Assembly (NCBI RefSeq): GCF_035594765.1
Contig: NC_085841.1
Coordinates: 236,922,689 to 236,986,688, forward strand
Source of the DNA: Anolis carolinensis
Taxonomy: Eukaryota
Direction: 5' to 3'
Length of the DNA: 64,000 nucleotides
In this document: in pieces, positions 51,423 to 62,626 of the stretch
Numbering within the stretch: position 1 is the first letter of the stretch
Layout of the letters: the number at the start of each line of letters is the position of its first letter
Made by a program: the position numbers and the translations under genes
The notes under the pieces: model-generated
What the model was told of the DNA's origin: nothing
The model's database searches: none
The model's input: only the letters and a program-made list of their open reading frames with translations

Positions 51423-51897
51423 CTAGCTGTGCCCAGCCACGCGTTGCTGTGGCGAAGTATGGTGGTATGGGAAATAAAGTATTGAGAAATTGGTGGTAGT
51501 TAAGGTAAAGATAATCCAGTGCAAAGCAGATAATATAAGATTACAAATGGGTTATATAGCTGTGTGGAAGGGCCTTGAGTCTACACTGCCATATAATCCA
51601 GTGCAAATTAGATAATCTGTGGAAGAGGCCTAAGTGAGGCCTAAGTCTGCCTGTCCCTTGGGCTGAGTTGGTTGCTAGGAGACCAAGTGGGCAGAGATTA
51701 GCCCTCTAACTGGCAGCAATTGGATAAAAACAATTATTCCTTTCCCTTTAATTAGGACTTTATTTTTCTTTTCTTTTTGTTGTATCAACCTAGAGGCATG
51801 GATGATGGATTGTGTTGTCAAATTTCGAGGTTGGGGGGCCTGTAGTTTTGTTGTTTTGCCGGTCGCCATGATGCCATCACTCATTTATATATATAGA
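51423..51897 (-). mobile_element. Non-autonomous Helitron
   Basis: Minus strand A|TCTATATA...subterminal hairpin (gccac...gtggc)...CTAG|T; no TSD. Confidence 0.8.
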
Positions 51898-52152
51898 TGT
51901 ATATAAATCAGGCATGGGTCAGGCTAGTGGCAGATGGATGGAGAGTGTTTGTGTGAACTAATTCACACAGTGCAAATAAAGGGGGAAAGAATGAAAGAAA
52001 AATGCAATATTTAAAATGAAGAACAGTTTTAACCAACATAAACTTAACATTATTTCAGTAGAAGACCCTAGGAGCTATCCAGACTAAACCACTTCTGCCA
52101 TGCAGGAAAAGCACAATGAAAGCACCCCAACAGATGGCCACCCAGCCTTTGC

Positions 52153-52206
<54 letters not shown>

Positions 52207-52207
<1 letters not shown>

Positions 52208-53262
52208 CGTTTTTCTGGCATTGTATATTTCCGCCGCTTCTGTGACTGTTCATTTGTATTTGGATTCTGGAGCCCACTTGTCAATGGATGTCCAGAATCA
52301 GCAGCATCCACCACAGTCCTTTTTATCCTGGGTAACGACCAAGCCAATATAGACTTCGTTTTGGTATGTTTCTCCATAATGCTAATGGGTTAGGTGCTCT
52401 TAGTTCCACTCCTCAACTGAGACCTCTCTGGCTTGGACCTGCCGGTAGTTACACTACAGCCAGCACAGCTCTCAGCATCTTTGGAGCAGTTAAGCCCCCC
52501 ACCACCACAACAAGGTGGCACCCATCGAGGGGGCATGGCACAACTGGACAATTTGGACAGAAAACTCATGACCAGTCATCATTCACTTCATCCTCGCAGT
52601 GATGTTGACCAGTTATATCTGCCTAGAAGATCTGGTGGCAAAAGACATTTACAAGTAAAACAAGCAGTCAAAGAAGAAGAACATGCCCTGGCAGAGTATG
52701 TAAAGGAAAGTGAAGAACCTGTTTTGATTGAAATCAAAAATCAGAAAATCCTCAAAGCACAACAGACAAAGAATTAGTACAAGAAAATTGCACTACAAAC
52801 TAGAGCTGACAGCTGGCACAGCAAACTGACAAAGTTTTGGAACACAACATACCAGACCTCACGGTTGTGGAAAAGAAAAAGTTTGGATGATTGATGTTGC
52901 CATACTAGGTGACAGTCAAATTGATGAAAAACAACAGGAAAAACTCAGCTGTTATCAGGACCTTAAGATCGAACTGCAAAGGCTCCGGCATAAACCAGTA
53001 CAGGTGGTCCCGGTGGTAATCGGCACACTGGGTGCCATGCCAAAAGATCTCAGCTGACATTTGGAAATAATAAGCATTGACAAAATTACAATTGTCAACT
53101 GCAAAAGGCCACCTTACTGGGATCTGCACGCATCATCCGAAAATACATCACACAGTCCTAAACACTTGGGAAGTGTTTGACTTGTGATTTTGTAATACGA
53201 AATCCAGCATATATATCTCGTTTGCTGCGTCATTGTCATACTATGTTTTTGTGTCAATAAAA
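52207..53262 (+). mobile_element. R4/Dong LINE, deleted, with inverted 5' segment (52207-52540)
   Basis: HSLHPRSDVDQLYLPRRSGG and REL domain PDL...IDVAI.GD...EKL..YQDLKIELQRL...VVPVVIGTLG; preceded by (AAT)n, the usual Dong target. Confidence 0.85.
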
Positions 53263-54182
53263 TTATGATGATGATGATGATGATGATGATGGAAATCCCA
53301 GGGACCATCCAGTCCAACCCCTTTCTGCCATGCAGGAAAACACAATCAAAGCACTCCCAACAGATGGTCATAAAAGAAACTGGAGGGAAGGAGGGAGGGA
53401 AGCAGGGGAAAGGGTCTGGGCAGCAAAAAAAGAGTCTGAGCAGTGAAGGAGGTGGGGGAGAAAGGATTTGTGCCCCAGGATGCTGTTCCTGCTGCTGTTG
53501 TTGTTTTCAGCAGCTCAAAACTTTAATTTCCCTGCATTTCTCAGGAGGAGGAAAGGGGATGAGTCAGGAAGCAGCATGCTGAGCTCCTCAATATCACCCA
53601 CGGAGTCCCAAGGGCTCCCCGGAGCACAGTTTGAGAACCTCTGCTAAAGAGTAAGCAAAGCAAAGTCATACTCCAAATTGAAAGTTGCAGATATGTTAAC
53701 AAAGGAACAAACATTCCTCCATGCATATTTTAAATGTAATGTCTTCTTACAAGAGGATTTAAAAGAAAACACTATTGATAGAAAACACATTTCAAAAATT
53801 GAGGAAGAAAAAAATTATTTTATTTTTATTTTTAAATGGGAGGTTATAAAATTCTCCCACACATGCACAATGATCCCAGGTCTGAATACCCTGACTCAAA
53901 TTAGAAAAGACAGTAGTATGCATGCTATATTGTCAAAAGCCTTGACTTCTGGAGAGGTAAGGCTGCCCCGCACTCTCCAAGTCTTCCGGATACATCTGAA
54001 AACATGGCTTTTTAAACAAGCCTTTGACAATGTCTAGTACCTTAATCATTAAATTCGAAAACATAGTGACTGTCTCACTTTTACACTTTATGGGGTTAAT
54101 ATTGTATACAGTTTGCTTATATCCGCAGCATTTGCTGCATTTTAATGAATTAAGTTTCTAATCAGTAGGGGTTTTATAGGTT

Positions 54183-54640
54183 ATTTTATTTATTTATTTA
54201 TTTATTTACAGTATTTACATTCTCACCCCAAAGGGGACTCAAGGCGGATTACAATGAACACATATATGGCAAACATTCAATGCCAACAGACAAACAACAT
54301 ACATTAGACAGACAGAGGCATTTTTAACATTTTTCCAGCTTCACGATTCCGGCCACAGGGGGAGCTCTTGCTTCACCGTCCAGTAGTAGCTGTACTTCCG
54401 CATTCCTTTCCTCGTGTTTTGCTGGCAGTTTTATGGTGTTGTAAATTAGCCTCCCGCATAAAGCGTCCCTAAATTTCCCTAATTGACAGATGCAACTGTC
54501 TTTCGGGGCTGCATAGGTCAACAGCAAGCCGGGGCTATTAATGGTCAGAGGCTTAACCCGACCCGGGCTTCGAACTCATGACCTCTCGGTCAGTAGTGAT
54601 TTATAGCAGCTGGTTACTAGCCAGCTGCGCCACAGCCCAG
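54183..54640 (-). mobile_element. tRNA-headed SINE with L2-like tail (long form)
   Basis: Head ctgtggcgcagctggc...gagttcgaagc and (TAAA)n tail shared with 10633 and 46621. Confidence 0.75.
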
Positions 54641-54702
54641 CTTCTCTGCCACTAGGTGTACCTTCTCTGCCACTAGGTGTACCTTCTCTGCCACTAGGTG
54701 TA
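54641..54702. repeat. 3 x 21-bp tandem repeat
   Basis: Unit CTTCTCTGCCACTAGGTGTAC; the third copy lacks the final C. Confidence 0.95.
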
Positions 54703-54859
54703 TTTTATATACAGTTTGTGTATAAAATTTTATTGTTCTGATTTATGTGTTATGTACCGTACTGTATTTTCTGTGTTGTTGCACTATTGAGCGCTCTTGT
54801 GAGCTGCCCGGTTCCCTTCAGGGAGATGGTGAAAGGATACAAATAAAGTTTATTTATTT

Positions 54860-55375
54860 TGTAAACACAGGCAGGAGTGTTACAACAGTCCAAAGTCTAG
54901 CCAGTTAACTCACAGTAGTACCAAAACTCAGGAGAACAAGCAGGAGGGAAAGTCAATTGTCCAGTCCAGAGTCAAAAGCAAATTACTAGAAATCTAAGCA
55001 GGTTGAGTCCACAAGTCCAAGAGCAGTCCAGATTTCAAATGTGTTCGTGGTTCCAAGATCTTGGCACGGATACTGAAGTTGCAGCCAGCAATCAGGTCCC
55101 TTAAATGCTACTTTCACAGGTGATCCCTGTTTCTGACCCTCTTTTCAGAAAGCCTGGATGATCTCCTCAGTTGAGATCTTTCTCTCCTTAATTCTATAAA
55201 AGATGGAATAGCTAACCCTTCCTTAGACTGCTCAACAAAGGCCTCTTGTGTTTGGCCAGCGGGCTAAGTAGTCATTTCTTCTGAATGTGCCTGAGAGAAT
55301 TGCTGTTCCTGACTTGGCTCCAATTCTACAGGCGAGCCATCACTCAGCAAACCCTCATCCATGTTATCCATGACC
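54860..55375 (-). mobile_element. Degenerate LTR related to 9146-9822
   Basis: Begins (G)GTCATGG; encodes MDNMDEGLLSD...LRRSSRLSEKR; paralogous OR flank resumes at 55376. Confidence 0.55.
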
Positions 55376-55565
55376 TATATATTTAAAGCAATGTACCATT
55401 CAGCTGACAATATCCTCATTTATATGAAGGAAGGAAGGGTAGCAGAGACAGGGAAAACCAGAGACTAGTCCAGGCTGTTCTGTAATGTTAAAACATAGCT
55501 TTCTGTTATGTGACTCAAAGTACATTCCGACAGCACATTAGGGCCGAAAGACTTAAACTTAACAT

Positions 55566-55938
55566 TCAGTAGACCCTATTTAATCTAAGTGCCTTGACCA
55601 AGGCCCTTTCACTTCCTTGTTCCTCAGACTATAGATGATGGTGTTCAGCATGGGAGTAACAACTCCATATAACATGGAAATGATTCTATCCCACTTGTGG
55701 AAACAGGCTGAATTAGAATGAGCATACGTGACTATGGCAGCCCCATAGAACAAGCAATCTACAGTCAAGTGAGATCTACAGGTAGAAAAAACCTTGCGCC
55801 TACTCTCAACAGAGTGCATGCGCAAAACAGCAGAATTTATATAGATATAAGAAATCAGGATGATGGGGAAAGCACCACTTCCTTAAGGTTAGCCACAAGA
55901 AGAAAAGCCAGTTCAAGGACAAAGGTAGAAGAGCCATA
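55566..55938 (-). pseudogene. Olfactory receptor 3' remnant, paralog of 45467-46402
   Basis: RMHSVESRRKVFSTCRSHLTV...LYGVVTPMLNTIIYSLRNKEVK with frameshifts; the 5' two-thirds are missing. Confidence 0.88.
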
Positions 55939-56382
55939 TCTAAAAAGTGTGTCACCAACATGAAATGTTTGGAAAGCAGTGTTATAGAGTATAATTTTGA
56001 AACACAGTAAGCCCTTCTCATTCATTGGATTTAAAGGCCTACAAAACCCCTACAAAAGTGGAAAAAACACAAATTAAAAAAACCACTTTTTTTCCCAGAG
56101 ACACAAGCACCAGAAGTTGATCACAGAATTGTACTGGAGGACCTAAGATCAACCAACAAGAACTCAACCTTTTTGGACAATTTTCTCAAGGTTTTTGTGC
56201 AGATGTACCAATTATTTCTTCTAACTTTTATTTTACCATATTGCATTCTAAATCTTGCACTGCTTTTGTTTATTTATTTATTTATATTCATGAATAAATA
56301 TATTTATAACTGAAATATCCAGAATAGCTCATAAAATAGCTACAACAACTCTTTGTCAGACTTTAACATTAATTCTGAAAAA

Positions 56383-56804
56383 TGCACAGTGAAAGATCTG
56401 AAAGAGAAGTTTCTTCAAGGGAAAGCTATGCTCTAGCTTAGCAACGTGGAAGACATCCGTGCTGTATGTGAGCTTCTCAAACATTTCCTTCGCAACCTGA
56501 AAGAGCCTCTTCTCATCTTCCACCTCAGCAAGGCTTTTGTGGAGGGAGCAGAAATTTCGGATGATAACAATAGTGTGGCAGCTATGTATCAGAGTGTCGG
56601 GGAGCTCCCTCAGGCAAACAGGGATACTCTTGCTTCCCTCATGCTACACTTCCAAAGAGTGGCTCAGAACCCAGATACCAAAATGGACATTTCCAACCTG
56701 GCCAATGTCTTTGTCCTACAATGGTTTGCCATGCAGTCAGAAATCCTGATCCTATGCCACTTCTCCAAGACACAAGGAAGCAACCTAAGGTTGTGGAACA
56801 GTTA
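56383..56804 (+). pseudogene. RACGAP1: Processed pseudogene fragment of Rac GTPase-activating protein 1 (RhoGAP domain)
   Basis: TVKDLKEKFL...[10 protein letters not shown]...[19 protein letters not shown]...[12 protein letters not shown]...NPDP...QPKVVE closely matches RACGAP1; TAG at 56434, frameshift near 56713; no introns. Confidence 0.9.
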
Positions 56805-57089
56805 ATCTGATAGAAGGGGGAAAGGGAAAACAACATTTACATCAATATATCCACCAGGATGGGCTTCTAGAATCATGAAAATGATTCATTACTAGAGGTC
56901 ACCATTCTCTTTCAGTTTAGATGACCAAAGTACCTCCTTTGTCCTAAGGGCAGCAAATATTTAGTCTAATGAAAGGAAATGGTTAAGTGTTAATTTGTTC
57001 CTATTATGAATTTAAACTGGGCTAAAAACATAAAACTCATACGATAGACAAGAATTAATTTGTCACAAGAATTCTTTCAAATTCAGTGT

Positions 57090-57998
57090 TTAGACCAAGG
57101 CCCTTTTCACATCCTTATTTCTCAGACTGTAGATCATTGGGTTCAGCATGGGAGTGACAACCCCATATAACATAGAAACAATCCGGACCTGTGTGTGGGA
57201 ATAGGTAGAAGCAGGGCGAGCATAGGTGGAGATGGCAGCCCCATAGAACAGGCAAACTACAGTCAGGTGGGATCCACAGGTGGAAAAGGCTTTGTGCCTG
57301 CCCTCTGAAGACGGCATGTGCAAAATGGCAGAAATGATATAGACGTAAGAAATCAGGGTAACTAGGAAAGCAGCACCTCCTATGGCACTGGCCACAAGGA
57401 GAACAACCAGCTCAGGTAAAAAGGTAGAAGAGCAGGAGAGAGCCATCACTGGATGAAGGTCACAGTAATATTGGTTAACTTTATTCTGTCCACAAAAGGA
57501 CAAGGAAAAGGTCAATGAGGTGTGAACCATGGAATTGATGAAGCCCAACAACCAGGTCACAGTAGTCAGCTGAGAACACAACCTTTTATTCATGATGTTT
57601 GCGTAATGTAGAGGGCTACATATGGCTACATAGCGGTCATAAGCCATCACTGCTAGCAAGAAAACTTCAGTGCTGATCACATCAATGAGAAAGAATACTT
57701 GTAGCATGCAACCCACAAATGATATTCTCTTGTCAGAGGACAAGAGAATCTGGAGCATCTTTGGCACAGTGATGGTTGGACAAAGCATGTCCAGCAAAGA
57801 CAAATTGCTGAGGAAGAAGTACATGGGGGTCTGGAGGCGATCATCGGTCTCTATTGCCAGGAGGAGAGCTCCGTTCCCTGCCAGTGTGATCAAGTAGATT
57901 AGAATAACCATCACAAAGAGGGAAATCTCCACTTCTGGGAGGCCAGACAGTTCGGTCAGGTAAAAATCACTCATCCATGTAACATTGGCTTTCACCAT
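57090..57998 (-). CDS. Class II olfactory receptor, 302 aa (OR12D/OR5V1-like), C-tail shortened by 9 aa
   Basis: Likely start MVKANVT at 57998, by homology to the 46402 start and the acceptor at 58031-58032; all seven TM motifs intact; ends DVKRALV*. Confidence 0.9.
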   Translation of the reverse strand: MVKANVTWMSDFYLTELSGLPEVEISLFVMVILIYLITLAGNGALLLAIETDDRLQTPMYFFLSNLSLLDMLCPTITVPKMLQILLSSDKRISFVGCMLQVFFLIDVISTEVFLLAVMAYDRYVAICSPLHYANIMNKRLCSQLTTVTWLLGFINSMVHTSLTFSLSFCGQNKVNQYYCDLHPVMALSCSSTFLPELVVLLVASAIGGAAFLVTLISYVYIISAILHMPSSEGRHKAFSTCGSHLTVVCLFYGAAISTYARPASTYSHTQVRIVSMLYGVVTPMLNPMIYSLRNKDVKRALV

Positions 57999-58335
57999 CT
58001 TCTTTCTAATGGGATTAAATGGCAAGATACCTAAGATAGAGAAAAAATAAAATAGGTTTATTAAAAGTATTACAAGGGAGGGAGCACAGTTCAAGCAGTA
58101 TGTGTATCTGCCTAATTCTCTTACTACAGGTTGTAAGTAACAACTCCCACTCACTGGCAGTACAATGAATATCTGGTAAAAGTGTGGATATCTACTAAGT
58201 GACAGTTTATAAACATTAAATCACACAAAGCAAATAAACAGAGCACAGCACATATTATCCATTCTATTATCTGCTTCAGAAGCCACAATGTGTTTCATTT
58301 GGAATCAAAAAGATGGCTGGTGTGTTGAGAGATTA

Positions 58336-58538
58336 TGAGAGCCAGCATGGTGTATGTCTATTGAACCTTGGATTAGGACTCTGGAGAATAGAGTTTGAAA
58401 ATTCACCTGCCCATGGAAACTCACTGGATGGCCTTGTCAAGTCACATTTTCTCAACCTCAGAGAAAGACAAAGGCAAAACATCCTCAATATTTTAAGATC
58501 ACCATAAGTTAGAAACAGTTTGAAGACACACAACAGCA
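58336..58538 (+). mobile_element. Old tRNA-derived SINE with RTE-like tail (Squam-type)
   Basis: gagagccagcatggtgta head; tail caccataagttagaaacagtttgaagacacacaacagca. Confidence 0.55.
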
Positions 58539-59074
58539 TCTGTGGAAAAACCAAATTTTGGGGGAGATTTGGAGAATTCCATATATTATTCTGGCTCGTG
58601 CTTTACATTGACATAAATGGAAATATTTCCAAAGGTCTGTCTGACACTTTTGAGGTAGTGGGAGATTTCAATGAAGGACATGCATGTGAAATAAATCACG
58701 TATTTTATTCCAAAACTCCACAACTTTGTTAGATAGAAAGGTAATCTTTAATCTTCATTTTCGATAATGCAGAAACTAAATATACATTACATGCCATGCT
58801 ATAACCCTAGTTATAGTAAACTCACCATTTGAGTCTGTAGAATGGAGTTGAAAAGTCAAAAAATTTGAAGACTCTTTGAAAATGGAGTACATTATAAATG
58901 TTGTTTTTTAGAAAGAGCACAGTGACCCAAATGTAATCTGTCAATATTGCTGTCTCAATCTCTTTTAGGCAGACACACACATCACACACAAACAGAAAAA
59001 TATACCCAGAGCGAAGAAGAGAGACTGGATGTATACACTGTAATTTCTGTTCAAAACCCTTCATAGTGGTCTCA

Positions 59075-59224
59075 GGGCCCTTCCACATAGCCATATAACC
59101 CACAATATTAAAGTAGAAAATCCCACATTATCTGCTTTGAACTGGGTTATCTAAGTCTACACTGTCATATATTCCACTTCAAGGCAGATAATGTGGGATT
59201 TTATTCAGCAACGTGGAAGGGGTC
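59075..59224. mobile_element. PIF/Harbinger-type MITE
   Basis: TIR gggcccttccac / gtggaaggggtc; 3-bp TCA/TAA flanks; internal palindromy. Confidence 0.7.
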
Positions 59225-59250
59225 TAAGTCTCTCCCTCAGTACTTTCCAA

Positions 59251-59533
59251 GGAGCCTCCGGTGGTGCAATGGGTTAAACCCTTGTGCCGGCAGGACTGCT
59301 AACCTGAAGTTTGAGTTGCTGACCTGAAGATGGCCAGCTTGAATCCAGGGAGAGCGCGGATGAGCTCCCTCTGTCCACTCCAGTTCACCATGTGGAGACA
59401 TGAGAGAAGCCTCCCACAAGGATGGTGAAAAATCCAAACATCCGGGCATCCCCTGTGCACCGTCCTTGCAGACGGCCAATTCTCTCACACCAGAAATGAC
59501 TTGCAGTTTCTCAAGTCACTCCTGACACGAAAA
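59251..59533 (+). mobile_element. Anolis SINE2-like SINE, full length
   Basis: 12-bp TSD AGTACTTTCCAA (59239-59250, 59534-59545). Confidence 0.9.
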
Positions 59534-59761
59534 AGTACTTTCCAATGGAATCATTTCCTTGGTCAAAAGAAAGCCATGCACTTATCAGTTTAAATTCTAT
59601 TGTACATACCAAAGATGAGAAGCTGTGGTCTTCCAAATGAGGTTGGATTCTAGATTACACCAACCCCAGCATCGTCAGGGACGATGAGACTGATAGCCCA
59701 ACGATCTATGGAGAGCTAAGGGTTCCTGACTTTTGCTATAAATATGGTAATGTATTGTGGC

Positions 59762-60041
59762 CAGGCATGTAGCCGGAGGGGGGGCTTGAGGGGCTTCAGC
59801 CCCCCCCCCCCAAATTCTCAGGGTGGTCCGCAAAAAAGCCTTACATTTATTATTTAAACTATTATGTTTATTCATATCATGATCTGATCACCATGCTCAA
59901 TATATCCCATATGCTTGGGGGTATTGGGATAACAATACAAAAGGTTTGCTAGGGTAGACCCTCTCCCGCTCAGACTCAGCCCCCCACCCCCCAAAACAAA
60001 ATCCCAGCCCCTCCCAAAACAAAATCCTGGCTACGGACCTG
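59762..60041. mobile_element. hAT-type MITE
   Basis: Same family as 10218; perfect 8-bp TSD ATTGTGGC. Confidence 0.9.
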
Positions 60042-61867
60042 ATTGTGGCTGTTGTGCTTTTGCAAATCTTGTTGAAGTTGAGTCATCAAGGATGCCACAG
60101 CTCAGCATTTTGCAAGACCCCAGCATGGCAGTTGATCAGCAGGATTCTTAGAGGTCCATAATTTACAGAGTTGCCACAAGTTGAAGTCAACTTGATGGCA
60201 AATAGCATCAAAAACTCTACAGCTCTCCAGAGCTTCCTGCAAGTCCCCCTCCACACAATTTTTGACAACATAAGAACAAGGTATGGAATATAAGTTTGCA
60301 CATGAGTGATACTAAAAAGAGGAGAGATTGAGAGTTCAGGAGTGGCAATCGTTCACAAACCCTCACCCCATATTCATTTGACTGCACCTCCCACCAGCAC
60401 TAGACATCCTAGCTAAATATGGGATTGATGGGAACTGCAGTCCAACAAATCTGGAAGTCCACCTGATTCCTTTCCTGATTCAAATTATTATTGTATTTAC
60501 GTTTGTTCTCAGTGCTATTGCAAAACAGCAATGAAGAAAAATTGTAGGCCACTTATGGTGATCCAAACCAACAGCAATTTCCATCATACATTACACTTTA
60601 TGAAATAACCAATGTATATTATTTGTCCAGATGTTTAATCACAATGTTTCACTTGATACAATAACAAAGATATATTTTTATAAACTACATCAGGATTGAA
60701 GCTGAGTTTAATCACAAGTTGCCTGGCAAAAGAAAAATCATGGGTTTCTGCAAGTGTTAGGCATTTGTGTAATATTATTCTGCAGAATGACACTTTCTAC
60801 TATTACACATTTGAATGATAAACCATTTGTCTACCAAAGAGCCCATTGCTAAGACATAAAGTGGATACTTATTGCTGTCACCATTATTTCACAAACTGTC
60901 ACCACTGACGCACCTAGGAATTAGATCCTTTGATTTCTCAAGTGGAAGGAAGAAATAAGAAGCTTGCTTAAGCAGAAATTTGTTCAAGAGAGTTAGCTGA
61001 ATTCTTGAAGCACATAGTGTGAATTTTGATTTCTGCTATTTTTACAATGAAATAAATGCAATATATATAGAATAAAAAATAGGGTTACAAACCTGAAACA
61101 TGCTACTGTCTAAGATCGCTATTCCAATGAACTTGCCTTTCATTTTTCCCTTGAATTCTGTACCAATGGTGTAAGAAGCAGCTCTTTCCAGAATTTATTA
61201 AGACAAGAATTACATAAAGTGTTGTCGTGGTTATTCTAAAGAAACACCATACAAGCTCTGGGGAAAATGGCATCAGAGAAGGAGTGCACTTGGGGACAGT
61301 GGTGGGGGAATCCTACATTTCCTGATGTGATTTCTCAGTTGTGTCCCCACATGATTGGCCACAAACTAATCCAGGGGAAGTTGCACTGCGAGCTTGTAGA
61401 TGTGTGCTTGGATGTAAACACCTTTCTGTTGAGTTGGAAAGTGAGCCTCCAAGTGCAACCTTAGTTAATGTGCAAGTCGAGCAAAACATGAAGGGTTTCA
61501 GGCAGCCATGATTAATATAATGGGACTGAAAAGCAACTAACATTTTTAGGACTAGGGCTGGAATAATAGTTTCATTTCAGTTTCTCTAACTTTTAAGCAA
61601 TTAAATACACATAAAGTCTTGAGAATTATTTTTTCATGATTTGCCTAGAAATACCCATTTTATAAGAATAATTCCTAAAATAATACATTTAGAATATAAT
61701 CTCAGATTTGGATTATTTTAAAACCAAATTTGTGTGAATGTAATATATTGTGCTAATGTCTCCCAGTACAAATTCAATTTTGCCAAATACACATGTTCTT
61801 ACAACCAAATTTCCTAATATAATGCACTGGGATGTTACTTTGCCAGATTAATGTTTGTTTTTCTGTA

Positions 61868-62626
61868 TGAGGGTTGAATGAAAAGTAATGCCTCCACCTT
61901 CGTAATTCCTCAACAGATGGCAGTCCTGGTATGCGGCAGGTACTGGCTTGTTCAGTAGACTCCTCTACAGTTCCATTTGGCGGGAAGCCTTAGCATTGAA
62001 TGGTTGTGTTGTTAAAGTGTGAAGTATGGAACCCTGCGCAGACAGTTGGTCAATGCAACTTAAGCAACGTGTAGTCATTGAATTCTTGACAGCAGAAAGT
62101 GTCACCCCAAAGGAGATTCATCAGAGAATGCAAGCTGTTTATGGTGATTGTGTTGTGAGTACTGTGCGTTGTTGGGCAAGTAAGTTTAAAGATGTTGAGG
62201 TGGGAACATCTGACTTGTGTGACAAAGAGTTGGATGTCCTGTGACAGCAATCACCGAGTTTCACAAGCAAAAGGTTGACAGATTGATTCAGGACAATCAT
62301 CGTATCACTCAGAGAGAAATTTCAAGCATAATTGGCATTTCACAAGAACATGTGGGTCACATTATTGCTTTGCTTAGTTATTGGAAGATTGGGTACTGTG
62401 AGACGCTGGTTGCGGAAACAGAGTGTCGATTTCTTCCATGACGGCTTCAGAAAACTTGTTCATCGTTGGCAGAAATGTATCCAATTGTCTGGTGATTATG
62501 TGGAAAAGTGAATAGTGGTAATTAAAGAGCACATTCTAAGGATTATTTCTGCATTTGATTTATTAAAATATCCCCATCCAAACCCAAGTAACAAAGATGG
62601 AGGCATTACTTTTCATTCAACCCTCG
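61868..62626 (+). mobile_element. Internally deleted mariner transposon
   Basis: About 28-bp TIR (c)gagggttgaatgaaaagtaatgcctcc; TA TSD; N-terminal HTH remnant KQRVVIEFL...IHQRMQAVYGD...STVR.W and C-terminal RWQKCIQLSGDYVEK*; catalytic core missing. Confidence 0.92.

Larger units (their letters stand above)
51320..53643. mobile_element. Non-autonomous hAT element hosting nested insertions
   Basis: Ends aggggttctcaaa / tttgagaacctctg; degenerate 8-bp TSD TTATAGAG/CTAAAGAG. Confidence 0.55.
53950..54850 (+). mobile_element. L2 3' fragment interrupted by a SINE
   Basis: FRIHLKTWLFKQAF*; tail gtgagctgcccggttcccttcagggagatgg...aaataaa at about 54800-54848. Confidence 0.7.

Noticed and set aside
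52068-52393. Poly-I/L signal-peptide-like ORFs
   Set aside because: Produced by the (AAT)n repeat.
54641-54702. CRISPR-like array
   Set aside because: Repeats are contiguous with no spacers, there are no cas genes, and the DNA is vertebrate.
57999-58154. 52-aa N-terminal extension of the 354-aa OR ORF
   Set aside because: It starts at a non-ATG codon and crosses a splice acceptor (58031-58032) conserved with the paralog; this is intron read-through.
59251-59350. tRNA gene (also suggested by other SINE heads)
   Set aside because: A/B-box-like sequence is present but belongs to SINEs with body, tail and TSD; no cloverleaf.
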